Positions 32,715 to 42,221 are shown, counted from the stretch's first letter. The stretch is 43,040 nt of DNA from a bacterium (GCA_022600215.1 JAHZKV010000012.1:1-43040), one strand, 5' to 3'. Notes: generated by a model from the letters alone, not told the origin. Numbers and translations: made by a program.

Positions 32715-33536
32715 ATGAAGTTAGTTTTCAGTTTTTTATTTTTACTTTGCTCGCTATTTGCAGGGCGAATTGATGTGATTTTACCGGTGCATAAGAAAGA
32801 TGCGCCTAATCTTGATGATATTATCAGTGCGGTAGAAGAGCGTGTGGCTGATATAGGTAGAATTATTGTGGTGTCAAAAAGGCGCTTTACTAATCGTGCC
32901 GAATGGGTGAGTGAGGATGAATATCCCTTTACGATTGAGGATGTTGCTGATGAGATAGGTGGTGAGGGTGGCATTGGCACAAATATCCGTAGGGGATGGT
33001 ACTACCAACAGCTGTTGAAGTTTTACGCTCATTATGTAATTGAGGACCTTTCAGAAGATATCTTAATTTTAGATTCTGATACTATCCCTACCAAACCCAT
33101 TTCCTTTTTTGATGAGGATGGGCGGGTATATATGGACTATCGCAGGCTAAATTATCGTCGTTCCTATAAACGGCATACCAACTTAATGCTTTGCGATAGC
33201 TGCACTATCAGAAATAGAGAAAACCCAGTAGTACACCATATGGTCTTTTCTAAAACTATTATGGATGATTTATTTGCTATGGTGGAAGAAAAATATGGGA
33301 AGCCCTTTTGGCAGGTGTTTGCTAACTTGGTCTTACCTCCTCATAAATGCTCTAAAGGTGTTTTTTATGCGGGTGCATCTGAGTATATGATCTACTACTT
33401 TTTTGCGACTAGCTGCCATACGGATAAGGTAAAAAAGCGAGCCATTTGCTTATATGATTCTGCAGCAAGTCTTACTGGCCGGTGCCCACGTAATGCACAA
33501 TTTATGAGTAAACATAATTATGATCGAAGGGAGTGA
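32715..33536 (+). CDS. Putative GT-A-fold nucleotide-sugar transferase with N-terminal anchor
   Basis: N-terminal hydrophobic segment. …RRGWYYQQLLKFY… followed by ILILDSDT (DxD-like motif). Confidence 0.4.
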   Translation: MKLVFSFLFLLCSLFAGRIDVILPVHKKDAPNLDDIISAVEERVADIGRIIVVSKRRFTNRAEWVSEDEYPFTIEDVADEIGGEGGIGTNIRRGWYYQQLLKFYAHYVIEDLSEDILILDSDTIPTKPISFFDEDGRVYMDYRRLNYRRSYKRHTNLMLCDSCTIRNRENPVVHHMVFSKTIMDDLFAMVEEKYGKPFWQVFANLVLPPHKCSKGVFYAGASEYMIYYFFATSCHTDKVKKRAICLYDSAASLTGRCPRNAQFMSKHNYDRRE

Positions 33537-33537
33537 A

Positions 33538-34635
33538 TTAAGGTAGAAGTCTATCAAAGACGATCTTCCACTTTTTAAGGCACTCTTTGGTGTGTTGCTC
33601 ATGAAACTCTTTGATGAGTGCCTTTTTCTCTGCATAGTCTGTTTCTTTGATAAGATCGTTCAGCTCTTCTAGGCAATCGAAGTAGATGAAGAGGTGTGCA
33701 AGCTTTGGATGGTACCAATCTGAGTAGGTGAAGATCTCCTCTGCACTAATTTTACTCATCCTTCTATATGGACTTGTCCAATCCCAAAATTCAATCTTTC
33801 CTTGGTCATACCATTCCTTGTATAGTCTCTTTGAAGGGAGGAAATGTACAACACCATGGCTAAGGTTTTCCCATAAAAGCATGTTCCCCATTACAAGTGG
33901 AATATGCACCATCCCAATAAAGTCCTTGATATCCTTGCCGCCTGCAAAAGGCCCTTGATAGACATTGATTCCTTGATTAGCTAAGAGTCTTCTTAGTCGG
34001 AACTTTTTTTCATTCCGATAATTTCGAACAAACACCTTTTGTGACTTATTTACTCGTTTTGGTACATGTCGATATCCTTTTGCGGGCTCGCCATTACCTG
34101 TAGGTTCTATGGTCTGACTGATAGTGGAGATATTTCGATGAGCTCTTGCATGAAAATCTTCGTAACGAGACCAGCCGATGACCTCTACATTTGGAAGGTC
34201 CTTTGCCTCAGAGAATAATTTCAAAAACTCTCTATCGGGAAATACCTTTATTCCAGAACACCTGGCATTTAAATCAAATCGATTACATACCCAAATGAGG
34301 AGAGGCTTTTTCCAGTTATTTTGAAGGAAGATGCGCGCAAGGGGAGCGATATCGGAGGTGATAATCAGATCGTATTGATCAAATTCCTCTTTGTAGGTAT
34401 TAAAAGTTCGCTCTGCAAGGTCATGGCTGATGATATAGCCAAACTTATGACGATTTTTTTGTTGTATTTCAAAAGGAACATCCCCGAGGATATTCCAGGT
34501 GGTGAGCTCTATTCCTAGCTCTTTGCAAAGGTATTTCATCTCCATCTCGGTACCTTTGTGGAAGGTGAGGTGGAGCGCCTTTGGCTTAGCAAAGAGAAAG
34601 AAGGGTGTAAGTATTAAAAGAATAGCTTGTTTCAT
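33538..34635 (-). CDS. Hypothetical secreted/anchored protein (about 365 aa)
   Basis: Signal-like MKQAILLILTPFFLFAKP from ATG 34635; the track start at 34662 is a TTG. Convergent with the GT-like gene with a 1-nt gap. No confident motif. Confidence 0.45.
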   Translation of the reverse strand: MKQAILLILTPFFLFAKPKALHLTFHKGTEMEMKYLCKELGIELTTWNILGDVPFEIQQKNRHKFGYIISHDLAERTFNTYKEEFDQYDLIITSDIAPLARIFLQNNWKKPLLIWVCNRFDLNARCSGIKVFPDREFLKLFSEAKDLPNVEVIGWSRYEDFHARAHRNISTISQTIEPTGNGEPAKGYRHVPKRVNKSQKVFVRNYRNEKKFRLRRLLANQGINVYQGPFAGGKDIKDFIGMVHIPLVMGNMLLWENLSHGVVHFLPSKRLYKEWYDQGKIEFWDWTSPYRRMSKISAEEIFTYSDWYHPKLAHLFIYFDCLEELNDLIKETDYAEKKALIKEFHEQHTKECLKKWKIVFDRLLP

Positions 34636-34673
34636 AAGAAGAAACGATAGCAAATACTTCAAATATTTTCTAT

Positions 34674-34722
34674 AAAAAAAGGCAGCTATATCAGAGTTTC
34701 CTCTAGCTGCCTTATTTTTTTT
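34674..34722 (-). terminator. Rho-independent (bidirectional-shaped) terminator after rpsJ
   Basis: A7-AGGCAGCTA-15 nt loop-TAGCTGCCT-TAT8. On the minus strand the 9-bp stem is followed by a T-run, 25 nt after the rpsJ stop. Confidence 0.7.
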
Positions 34723-34746
34723 GCTTATTTAGATAATTATCTTATC

Positions 34747-35076
34747 TTAAGAAGCGGTAGTGATAGCAATGTCTACACCGCTAGCTACGGAATGCTTTCT
34801 TAGCCTTTCTACCGTATCTGCAGTTGGGCTTTGAATATCGATTACTCTTTTATGGGTACGCATCTCAAATTGATCACGTGCTTTTTTGTCTACATGGGGA
34901 GATCTAAGCACTGTTTGCTTTTCAATTTTTGTTGGTAGAGGAATAGGTCCAATTACCACTGCGCCAGAGCGTCTTGCAATTTCCGCAATTTCAAGAGCTG
35001 ATTGGTCTACAATCTTATGATCGTATCCCTTCAGCCTGATGCGTATTCTTTGTTTTTTTGTTGTAGCTTGCGCCAT
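34747..35076 (-). CDS. rpsJ: 30S ribosomal protein S10
   Basis: …[18 protein letters not shown]…GPIPLPTK…[16 protein letters not shown]…. Confidence 0.97.
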   Translation of the reverse strand: MAQATTKKQRIRIRLKGYDHKIVDQSALEIAEIARRSGAVVIGPIPLPTKIEKQTVLRSPHVDKKARDQFEMRTHKRVIDIQSPTADTVERLRKHSVASGVDIAITTAS

Positions 35077-35090
35077 AGTATTATTGCTCC

Positions 35091-37184
35091 TTATACTGTC
35101 GTTTTAACTATTTTCTCTTGAACTGCTTTTGGCACCTTTTCAAAGTGGCTAGGCTCCATGGTGAACTCTCCTCTACCAGAGGTGGTAGATCTAAGGTCTG
35201 TTGAATACCCAAACATCTGCTCTAGTGGAAGCTCTGCTTCTACTTCTGCGCTTGTGCCAGATTGAGATTGGTTTTGGATACGTCCACGACGTCTGTTCAA
35301 GTCTCCAATCACATCACCAATATGATCTTCTGGTGTTCTTACAGACACCTTCATAATTGGCTCTAGGATGATTGGACTACATTTTTTTGCTGCTTCTCTA
35401 ATTGCCATAGAGGAACAAATCTTAAAGGCCATCTCAGAGGAGTCTACATCGTGGTAAGATCCAAATACGATACGTACTTTTACGTCTACCATTGGGTAGC
35501 CAGCAAGTACACCACCTGCTAATCCTTCCTCAATACCTTTAATACAAGATGCGATGTACTCTTTTGGAATAACTCCACCCACAATCTTGTTTTCAATTTC
35601 AATACCTTTACCAGATTCATTTGGTTCTACTTCGAGTACCACGTGAGCGTATTGTCCACGACCACCTGATTGCTTTACATACTTTTGCTCGTGCTTTACG
35701 TTTGAAGTAAGAGTCTCTCTGTAAGATACCTCTGGAGCACCAACATTTGCTTCCACCTTAAATTCACGGATCATACGATCTCTTAAAACGTCTAGGTGAA
35801 GCTCTCCCATTCCAGCAATGATCGTTTGCCCTGTTTCTTCGTTAGAAGATACGCGGAACGTTGGATCTTCTTCTGCTAGTGCTGTTAGCGCTACAGAAAG
35901 CTTTTCTCTGTCTGGTTTAGATTTTGGCTCAATTGCCATGGAGATAACTGGCTCAGGGAATTCCATTTTTTCTAGGATCAAAGGTGCGTCTTGTGTGCAC
36001 AAAGTATCTCCAGTAGTGGATTGCTTTAGTCCAATTACCGCAAAGATATCACCTGTATGGAATTCATCTTTATCTTTTCTGTCGTTAGAGTGCATTTCAA
36101 GAAGTCTAGATACACGCTCTTTCTTTCCTTTAGTGGAGTTGAAGAGGGTCATACCTTTTGTGATTGTTCCTGAATATACTCTTACAAAGGTTAAACGACC
36201 AACGTATGGGTCAGTCATTACTTTAAAAGCAAGCATCGCTAGCTTTTCATCATCTTTAGGCTGTAGCTCAAACTCATTTTCTCCATCTTCGTCAAAACCT
36301 TTGATAGCTCCACGATCAAGAGGGGAAGGCATCCAGCTTACGATAGCGTCAAGTAGAGGTTGCACCCCTTTGTTTTTGAAGGCAGTTCCGCAAAGAACTG
36401 GGAAGATCTTGATCTCACAAACACCTTTTCTGATTTTTGCGTTGATCTCATCAGCAGTTAGACTGTCTGGATCTTCTAGTACTTTCATCATGAAATCTTC
36501 ATCTGAGTCATCAAGAGTAGCTAGTTCATCAAGAAGGGCAGCTCTTTTTTCTTGTGCCACTTCTAGAAGGTTTGCTGGGATCTCTTGTACTTCGTAGTCA
36601 GCACCCATTTTCTCTGATTTGAACATGATAGCTTTCATGGTAACTAGGTCTACCATTCCTTCAAATTCAGCTTCTGCGCCGATTGGAACTTGTACTGCAA
36701 TTGCGTTTGCGCCGAGCTTTTCTTCCATGCTTCTGATACACATGTCGTAATCTGCACCTACGCGGTCCATTTTGTTGATGAAAGCAATTCTTGGAACGTT
36801 ATAACGAGTTGCTTGTCTCCAAACGGTCTCTGACTGAGGTTGTACTCCGTCCACGGCACTAAATACCGCTACGGCACCATCTAATACACGAAGGGATCTT
36901 TCTACCTCAACGGTAAAGTCTACGTGTCCCGGTGTATCAATAATATTAATTTTACTATCATCCCAATATACTGTGGTACAAGCTGATGTAATGGTGATTC
37001 CGCGCTCTTGTTCTTGCACCATCCAGTCCATTGTTGCGGCACCTTCATGTACCTCACCAATCTTATGGGATTTTCCTGAGTAATACAGGATTCTTTCTGT
37101 TACCGTTGTCTTACCAGCATCAATGTGTGCCATGACACCGATATTTCTTACGTTTTCTAAGTGGTCTTTTTCGCCTCTTGCCAT
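35091..37184 (-). CDS. fusA: Elongation factor G
   Basis: …[15 protein letters not shown]…, …[12 protein letters not shown]…, …NKMDR…, full-length 697 aa. Confidence 0.98.
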   Translation of the reverse strand: MARGEKDHLENVRNIGVMAHIDAGKTTVTERILYYSGKSHKIGEVHEGAATMDWMVQEQERGITITSACTTVYWDDSKINIIDTPGHVDFTVEVERSLRVLDGAVAVFSAVDGVQPQSETVWRQATRYNVPRIAFINKMDRVGADYDMCIRSMEEKLGANAIAVQVPIGAEAEFEGMVDLVTMKAIMFKSEKMGADYEVQEIPANLLEVAQEKRAALLDELATLDDSDEDFMMKVLEDPDSLTADEINAKIRKGVCEIKIFPVLCGTAFKNKGVQPLLDAIVSWMPSPLDRGAIKGFDEDGENEFELQPKDDEKLAMLAFKVMTDPYVGRLTFVRVYSGTITKGMTLFNSTKGKKERVSRLLEMHSNDRKDKDEFHTGDIFAVIGLKQSTTGDTLCTQDAPLILEKMEFPEPVISMAIEPKSKPDREKLSVALTALAEEDPTFRVSSNEETGQTIIAGMGELHLDVLRDRMIREFKVEANVGAPEVSYRETLTSNVKHEQKYVKQSGGRGQYAHVVLEVEPNESGKGIEIENKIVGGVIPKEYIASCIKGIEEGLAGGVLAGYPMVDVKVRIVFGSYHDVDSSEMAFKICSSMAIREAAKKCSPIILEPIMKVSVRTPEDHIGDVIGDLNRRRGRIQNQSQSGTSAEVEAELPLEQMFGYSTDLRSTTSGRGEFTMEPSHFEKVPKAVQEKIVKTTV

Positions 37185-37346
37185 TTTCTTCCTTTGTTTC
37201 TTTTTGTTCTATTCCATCCCAATCTTTGTATGAGGGGAATAGACCGCTTATTTCCTTATAAATAACGAAAAGAGGCTACCCTCCTTCGCTAGTTTTACTC
37301 CTGTTCTAATGAAAGACTTGGCCTTTCACGATCTGCCTCTGGGCAG

Positions 37347-37377
37347 AAAAAAAACCGTATCCTAAAAGAGGGTACGG
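37347..37377 (-). terminator. Terminator/attenuator-like hairpin + U8 between rpsG and fusA
   Basis: Minus strand: CCGTA-C-CCT-cuuuu-AGG-A-TACGG, followed by TTTTTTTT. It begins 12 nt after the rpsG stop, and a further ~160-nt leader precedes fusA. Confidence 0.45.
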
Positions 37378-37388
37378 CTTTTGAATTT

Positions 37389-37865
37389 TTACCATTTGTA
37401 ATGAGCAAATGCTTTGTTAGCTTCTGCCATTCTATGGACTTCGTCACGCTTTTTCACAGATGCGCCTTGCAGGTTGTATGCATCTTGCAGCTCTTGTGCT
37501 AGACCATCAATCATAGATCTACCAGCTTTTTTCTTAGCAAAGCCGATGATCCACTTCATAGATAGGGACATCTTTCTTTTTGGGTTGATCTCAATTGGAA
37601 CTTGGTAGGTTGCTCCACCAATTCTTCTTGATTTCACCTCAACGTGTGGTGTTGCGTTCTCAATAGCTTTTAAGAAAGCATCAAGTTCATTGTCTTTTGC
37701 ATTTACTCTTTCAGCAAATTTTTCAATAGCACCATACACGATTTTAGAGGCTAGGGATTTTTTTCCATCTAGCATTACTTTACGGATGAATTTTGTAACT
37801 TCCTGGTTGCCATATTTATGGTCAGGCTCTACAGGTCTTTTTTCAGCTTTTCTTCTTCTTGACAT
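37389..37865 (-). CDS. rpsG: 30S ribosomal protein S7
   Basis: MSRRRKAEKR…, …VEVKSRRIGGATYQVP…, …EANKAFAHYKW. Confidence 0.97.
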   Translation of the reverse strand: MSRRRKAEKRPVEPDHKYGNQEVTKFIRKVMLDGKKSLASKIVYGAIEKFAERVNAKDNELDAFLKAIENATPHVEVKSRRIGGATYQVPIEINPKRKMSLSMKWIIGFAKKKAGRSMIDGLAQELQDAYNLQGASVKKRDEVHRMAEANKAFAHYKW

Positions 37866-37868
37866 ATC

Positions 37869-38240
37869 TTATTTTCCTCTTTTAGCTCCGTATTTTGAAC
37901 GAGCCTGCTTTCTATCTTTAACTGCAGCACAATCTAATGTTCCACGAACGATGTGGTATCTTACCCCTGGAAGATCAGGTACTCTGCCTCCACGAACTAG
38001 CACCATGCTGTGTTCTTGAAGGTTGTGACCTTCTCCAGGAATGTAAGCAGAAACTTCAATTCCGTTAGAAAGTTTTACTCTTGCTACTTTTCTCAAAGCG
38101 GAGTTTGGCTTTTTAGGAGTCTGGGTTTTCACCTGGACACACACGCCTCTTCTTTGAGGGCATCTTTTCAATGCCTGTGATTTTGATTTAGCCTTACTCT
38201 TTTTTCTAGGCTTTCTAATAAGTTGGTTTAGTGTAGGCAT
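37869..38240 (-). CDS. rpsL: 30S ribosomal protein S12
   Basis: [10 protein letters not shown]…, …[14 protein letters not shown]…, …[15 protein letters not shown]…. Confidence 0.98.
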   Translation of the reverse strand: MPTLNQLIRKPRKKSKAKSKSQALKRCPQRRGVCVQVKTQTPKKPNSALRKVARVKLSNGIEVSAYIPGEGHNLQEHSMVLVRGGRVPDLPGVRYHIVRGTLDCAAVKDRKQARSKYGAKRGK

Positions 38241-38423
38241 AGAGGCCTATCTCCTTGTATTTATTTCAAAAAATTACAAAGGAGCATACCAAATAGGCTC
38301 TATTATTGCAAACCAAATAGTGAAAAAAGAGAGATTTCATCAGTATTTCTAAAAATTAGTATTAATTTCCAGTGTTCATTAAAAAATTAATTTGATAGTG
38401 TCCGAATTTATAGGAGGATTTTG

Positions 38424-40295
38424 ATGCAGAAGGTCGTGACATTTTTGGTGGCAAGCACTCTTGTCTTTGCAAAACCTCTAGATTTTAGTGATATGAAGGA
38501 AATAAATCGAAAGATGTTTTCCTATCATGTAATTTTTGAATCGTACAATACAGAGATAGCAAGAAGGTCTTTGCAAAAAATTTATGCCTCGATGGACCCT
38601 ATTTTTTTCTATTTTATGCAATTTGATCGAGATAAAATTGGAAGAGATTATGGTCAAATGGTGAAAGAATATGATAATGGCTCTTTTTCTACCTATTTAT
38701 CGATTAGAGAGTCCTTTTCCTATGGCGTGAAGAAGTGCCGAAGACTCCGAGCAGGGATTCGTTATGATATTTTGAATAATCATATAGATATGGATGTAGC
38801 GATTATTGCTCCTCCAAAAAAGGCCCCGGTATCAACAGATGATCAAAAAAGACATATTGCTGCTTATATGATCTCCAATCTGCGTGGCTATGCGGAGAAG
38901 AAGGGGAAAGCTACTCTTACGATGGAAGAGAAGAAAAAGGTGCTGGATTATTATGAAAGGAAACTTCGTGCTCATGAAGAAAAGTTCCTCTCAGAAGACG
39001 GATATCCATTATTTGTTTCGAAAATGGTGGCCTCTTCTCTGGATGCACACTCCATGATCTATGGACAAGATGAAATAGCTTCTATCAATTCTCATTTGAA
39101 GTCTAAATTTGAGGGGATTGGGATATTTTTGAGCGATGGCATCGATGGTGCTCAGATCTCTAAATGCGTGAAAAATGGCCCAGCAGATCGCAGCGGGGTA
39201 GTGATGGCTGGAGATCGTATTGAATTTATCAATGGGGTGGATGTTCGGGAAATGCCATTTTCTAAAGTAAAACAAATCCTTACGGTGAAATCTGGTGAGA
39301 GTGTCTTAATTCACTTAGAAAGCAAGCGCGGTAAGAAAAAGATGGTAAAGCTCACTGGAGAGCGTATCATGATGCAAAAAGAGAAGATCTCTGTCGAAAC
39401 AGAGAGCTTTTTAGATGGTCAAATTGCGATGCTTCGCGTAGATACCTTTTATAATGACTTTGAAGGCAACGCCATGGCGGGGGATTTGAAGAATGTTATC
39501 CGTGATTTGCGTGCCCAAAAACCGCTTTATGGACTAGTGATTGATCTAAGAAAGAATCTTGGTGGGTTTTTCAAAGAGGCAGTGAAAGCGATATCCTTAT
39601 TTTCTGCGAAAGAGTCTGTGGTGGTAGCAAAGTTTCGAAATGAGCAGGTGCGCTACTCTAAAGAATTTGATCCTCACGTAAGCTATAGCGGACCAATTGT
39701 TATCTTGACCTCCAAATATTCTGCTTCTGCAGCAGAGATTTTAGCTCAATCCCTCCAAGATGTTGGGGTGGCAATTGTTGCAGGGGATGAATATACCTAC
39801 GGAAAAGGGTCTATTCAGTTCCAAACTATTACGGATGCTCAAAGCGTTCATAAGTATAAGGTAACAGTGGGGAAATACTACACCATCTCAGGAGCATCTC
39901 CTCAGCTTAAAGGGGTGCCGGCAGATGTGTTAGTGCCATCAGAGTACGCTCACTTAAGAATTGGAGAACGATACGCTGTTCATGCTCTTCCTTCTGGTGA
40001 TTTGCATAAAAGACATGGGCAACATCCAGAAATTCGTGAAGTGTTTACTTATAATTGTACACGTAAACGTACCGCCTATGAGGTGATGAAGCCAAAACTT
40101 CGTGCTAATAGCGAAGCTCGTATCGCTAAAAATAAAAATTACCAAGCATTCCTTAAAGAATTGCATACCCCTTCAAGAGCTCGTAATCAGAGTAAAGAAG
40201 AGCGCCGCAAGTCTCAGTATGGGAAAAATGACCTTCAGATGACCGAGGCTTTGTGCATCATTAAGGATATGCACTCAATTTTACAGACATATTAG
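38424..40295 (+). CDS. tsp: Tail-specific (C-terminal processing) protease, S41 family with PDZ domain
   Basis: PDZ segment (…GIGIFLSDGIDGAQISKCVKNGPADRSGVVMAGDRIEFINGV…). S41 core (…GLVIDLRKNLGG…, …ILTSKYSASAAEILAQSLQD…GKGSIQ). ATG 38424 lies 6 nt after AGGAGG. Sits next to rpsL as tsp does in Chlamydia. Confidence 0.88.
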   Translation: MQKVVTFLVASTLVFAKPLDFSDMKEINRKMFSYHVIFESYNTEIARRSLQKIYASMDPIFFYFMQFDRDKIGRDYGQMVKEYDNGSFSTYLSIRESFSYGVKKCRRLRAGIRYDILNNHIDMDVAIIAPPKKAPVSTDDQKRHIAAYMISNLRGYAEKKGKATLTMEEKKKVLDYYERKLRAHEEKFLSEDGYPLFVSKMVASSLDAHSMIYGQDEIASINSHLKSKFEGIGIFLSDGIDGAQISKCVKNGPADRSGVVMAGDRIEFINGVDVREMPFSKVKQILTVKSGESVLIHLESKRGKKKMVKLTGERIMMQKEKISVETESFLDGQIAMLRVDTFYNDFEGNAMAGDLKNVIRDLRAQKPLYGLVIDLRKNLGGFFKEAVKAISLFSAKESVVVAKFRNEQVRYSKEFDPHVSYSGPIVILTSKYSASAAEILAQSLQDVGVAIVAGDEYTYGKGSIQFQTITDAQSVHKYKVTVGKYYTISGASPQLKGVPADVLVPSEYAHLRIGERYAVHALPSGDLHKRHGQHPEIREVFTYNCTRKRTAYEVMKPKLRANSEARIAKNKNYQAFLKELHTPSRARNQSKEERRKSQYGKNDLQMTEALCIIKDMHSILQTY

Positions 40296-40312
40296 TAGGT
40301 CGAGGCGCCGCC

Positions 40313-40481
40313 TTAGGTTCTATCTTTGATTAAATATTTCTTATAACAGCGTCAAAGCCCCGGGCTTAAAAGATGTGAAAGGTGGACAATATCAATGAGA
40401 TATGGCCCCCTTTCACATCTTTATAATCGCGGGTACTTTTACGTTTGTTAGAAAAGATATTTAATCGAAGATAGAACCTAA
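40313..40481 (+). repeat. 169-nt rod-like inverted repeat: candidate structured ncRNA (6S-like architecture) or MITE
   Basis: The outer helix 40313-40339 / 40455-40481 is 27 contiguous pairs, two of them G-U on the plus strand only, and extends with gaps to 40349 / 40445. The inner hairpin 40369-40422 has 14+2+5 bp with an AATGA apical loop. Unpaired stretches of about 10 nt face each other between the two helices. Confidence 0.6.
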
Positions 40482-40550
40482 CCCCGCTAAAGGGCCGCGC
40501 CCTTTAGAAACCCTTCGTTGATTTTTTGTGCATGCACAAAAAATGGAAAG
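40478..40550 (+). repeat. REP-like two-hairpin intergenic element, copy B
   Basis: CTAAAGGGC-cgc-GCCCTTTAG, then aaacccttcgttg, then ATTTTTTGTG-catg-CACAAAAAAT. Matches copy A (17196-17266, opposite strand) with three compensated base pairs. Confidence 0.7.
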
Positions 40551-40554
40551 GGGG

Positions 40555-40583
40555 TTGTTCTAAATCCCATTATATAGTATATT
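40555..40583 (+). promoter_or_regulatory. Candidate promoter of tRNA-Phe
   Basis: TTGTTC (40555-40560), 17 nt, TATATT (40578-40583). The mature tRNA 5-prime end is 15 nt downstream. Confidence 0.35.
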
Positions 40584-40597
40584 CTTGCCTATTGTAT

Positions 40598-40670
<73 letters not shown>

Positions 40671-40720
40671 TATAATACCTTTATCCCCACCATATTTCCC
40701 CACCACAACCCTTATTAATA

Positions 40721-40736
40721 GAATCGAACCGGCGAC
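40721..40736 (-). repeat. Inverted 16-nt exact copy of the tRNA-Phe variable/T-arm segment
   Basis: GAATCGAACCGGCGAC is the exact reverse complement of GTCGCCGGTTCGATTC (40643-40658). No complete cloverleaf can be built around it. Confidence 0.8.
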
Positions 40737-40887
40737 GTTGCCGGGGGCCTGCGACCCGAAGACTTTTCTAGATATTTTTGAATTCTCCCGTTCACTCAAT
40801 CCCATCTTTTTTAGACGAAACTTAAGGTTTACCTTAAGTAAGGAGAGAAATGGGTTAGAACTAAAACCTATTCTAGAGCAGGTTTTA

Positions 40888-41352
40888 TTAGTCCCACATG
40901 TGGATATCCATGCGGGTTCTTTCAGCTCTTTCTTTCATTACCTTTTCTTTTGGAACGCCTCTTTGAAGTCTTGCAAGATCTTCTTTGAAATTATCAAAGT
41001 GTTTAGATGGCTGTTTTATTGGAAGCTTGTCAAGCAAAGAGTCTTGTGAATATCTTTGTACTTGGATTGTTCTGCCTGTGAGTGTCACACGAAATACAGG
41101 TGTATCTATAACAGTTATTCCATGTATAAAACCTTTTAATATTTCTAATGCTCTAGTTGCTACCTCTTGAGTAACGTCGGAAATTTTTATAACAGGGGGA
41201 GAGGAGCTTGTTACCGTTGTGTTAAGTAGCAAAGAAACAAAGTGTGGTTCTTCTGTGGTCCCTTCTAAAGTGTGTTTAGCAAAAATTCTATCTCTTTGGG
41301 TTAATTCAAGAAGCCTGAGCAGTTCAAAAGCATTACAATTGTATAAATCCAT
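40888..41352 (-). CDS. Hypothetical 154-aa protein, paralog family with 42222-42563
   Basis: RBS AAAGGGGA and its own promoter. N-terminus MDLYNCNAFELLRLLELTQ… and the segment …LEILKGFIHGITVIDTPVFRVTL align by eye with the 113-aa ORF. Confidence 0.5.
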   Translation of the reverse strand: MDLYNCNAFELLRLLELTQRDRIFAKHTLEGTTEEPHFVSLLLNTTVTSSSPPVIKISDVTQEVATRALEILKGFIHGITVIDTPVFRVTLTGRTIQVQRYSQDSLLDKLPIKQPSKHFDNFKEDLARLQRGVPKEKVMKERAERTRMDIHMWD

Positions 41353-41384
41353 TTTTCCCCTTTTATTGTTTGTTTTTGATAAAG

Positions 41385-41413
41385 AGTATAAATTATTTAT
41401 GTGATTATTGCAA
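41385..41413 (-). promoter_or_regulatory. Candidate promoter TTGCAA -17- TATACT
   Basis: Minus strand: TTGCAA (41413-41408), 17-nt spacer, TATACT (41390-41385). About 33 nt upstream of the ATG at 41352. Confidence 0.45.
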
Positions 41414-41519
41414 CCCGTACTAGCAAATCAAATAGATGGGCTTGTGCAAAAATACCTTTTATAAAACTCAGAGGAGAATTTTTTTATAGTAAAAAGTCTT
41501 ACGTATTCCTAAGAATCAA

Positions 41520-41921
41520 TTAACGAGGTGTATTATCTATGCGATTGCTGCCTACATAACGGTAAGCAGTGAAGTAGCCTCTTACTAAATTAGAAATTTT
41601 ACTTGCACGGCAGGGTGCTTTGTTGTCATTGATTTTAATTTCAATATAGCTGTCATGTAGAATGCAGATAAACCCCATGTTTAGCGCATTTAAATAAGCT
41701 GTACATACTTCATGTGTGATAGCAATTGCTTCTTCAAATGGTATTGTTTTTGGGCGATGGCTAATTGAGAAACAACCTCTTTTCCCTTCTTTAAATACGA
41801 TTATTAGGTGCTCTAGAAAAAATTTTTGCTTTTCATCTACATCAAATGCTTGTGGGGCATAATATTTCAAATAACCTAATATTGGAAGCCCTTCAACTAT
41901 TGTTATTCTACCTATTGGCAT
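41520..41921 (-). CDS. Hypothetical 133-aa protein
   Basis: RBS AAGGAG 5 nt before the ATG, and its own promoter. No motif recognised. Confidence 0.5.
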   Translation of the reverse strand: MPIGRITIVEGLPILGYLKYYAPQAFDVDEKQKFFLEHLIIVFKEGKRGCFSISHRPKTIPFEEAIAITHEVCTAYLNALNMGFICILHDSYIEIKINDNKAPCRASKISNLVRGYFTAYRYVGSNRIDNTPR

Positions 41922-41944
41922 CTGAACTCCTTGTTTATATTAAT

Positions 41945-41973
41945 ATTGTATTAATTACTCTCAAATGAATCAA
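41945..41973 (-). promoter_or_regulatory. Candidate promoter TTGATT -17- TACAAT
   Basis: Minus strand: TTGATT (41973-41968), 17-nt spacer, TACAAT (41950-41945). About 24 nt upstream of the ATG at 41921. Confidence 0.45.
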
Positions 41974-42022
41974 GCTGAAGAAAAGAATTGGTTTATTCAA
42001 AAAATAAGGATATACTATGTAT

Positions 42023-42220
42023 ATGAAGAAAAATATGGGATTGCCCGATCGAATTGTTAGGCTGGTGATAGCGCTCCTTTTGTTCGCATATGGAGTTTGG
42101 CAGGGGAGTTGGATTGCTTATTTCATTGGCCTCTTTGTGGTGTTTGAGTATGCCTTCAGCTGGTGTATCGTTTATCAATTGATGGGCAAATCTACCTGCA
42201 AATACAAGCCAAAGAAGTAA
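42023..42220 (+). CDS. DUF2892 (YgaP-like) small membrane protein
   Basis: MKKNMGLPDRIVRLVIALLLFAYGV…FIGLFVVFEYAFSWC…, the typical DUF2892 pattern. An alternative ATG lies at 42017. Confidence 0.6.
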   Translation: MKKNMGLPDRIVRLVIALLLFAYGVWQGSWIAYFIGLFVVFEYAFSWCIVYQLMGKSTCKYKPKK

Positions 42221-42221
42221 G

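Noticed and set aside
35818-36597. 259-aa ORF on the plus strand.
   Set aside because: It lies entirely antisense within fusA, which has an unambiguous EF-G translation. The product is Ser-rich, low-complexity sequence with no RBS, which is a typical shadow ORF.
40700-40810. Possible second tRNA gene or tmRNA on the minus strand, suggested by the GGTTCGATTC T-loop copy.
   Set aside because: Only 16 nt match. The 3-prime half of the T-stem and an acceptor stem are missing, and no anticodon arm could be folded. It is reported only as a repeat.
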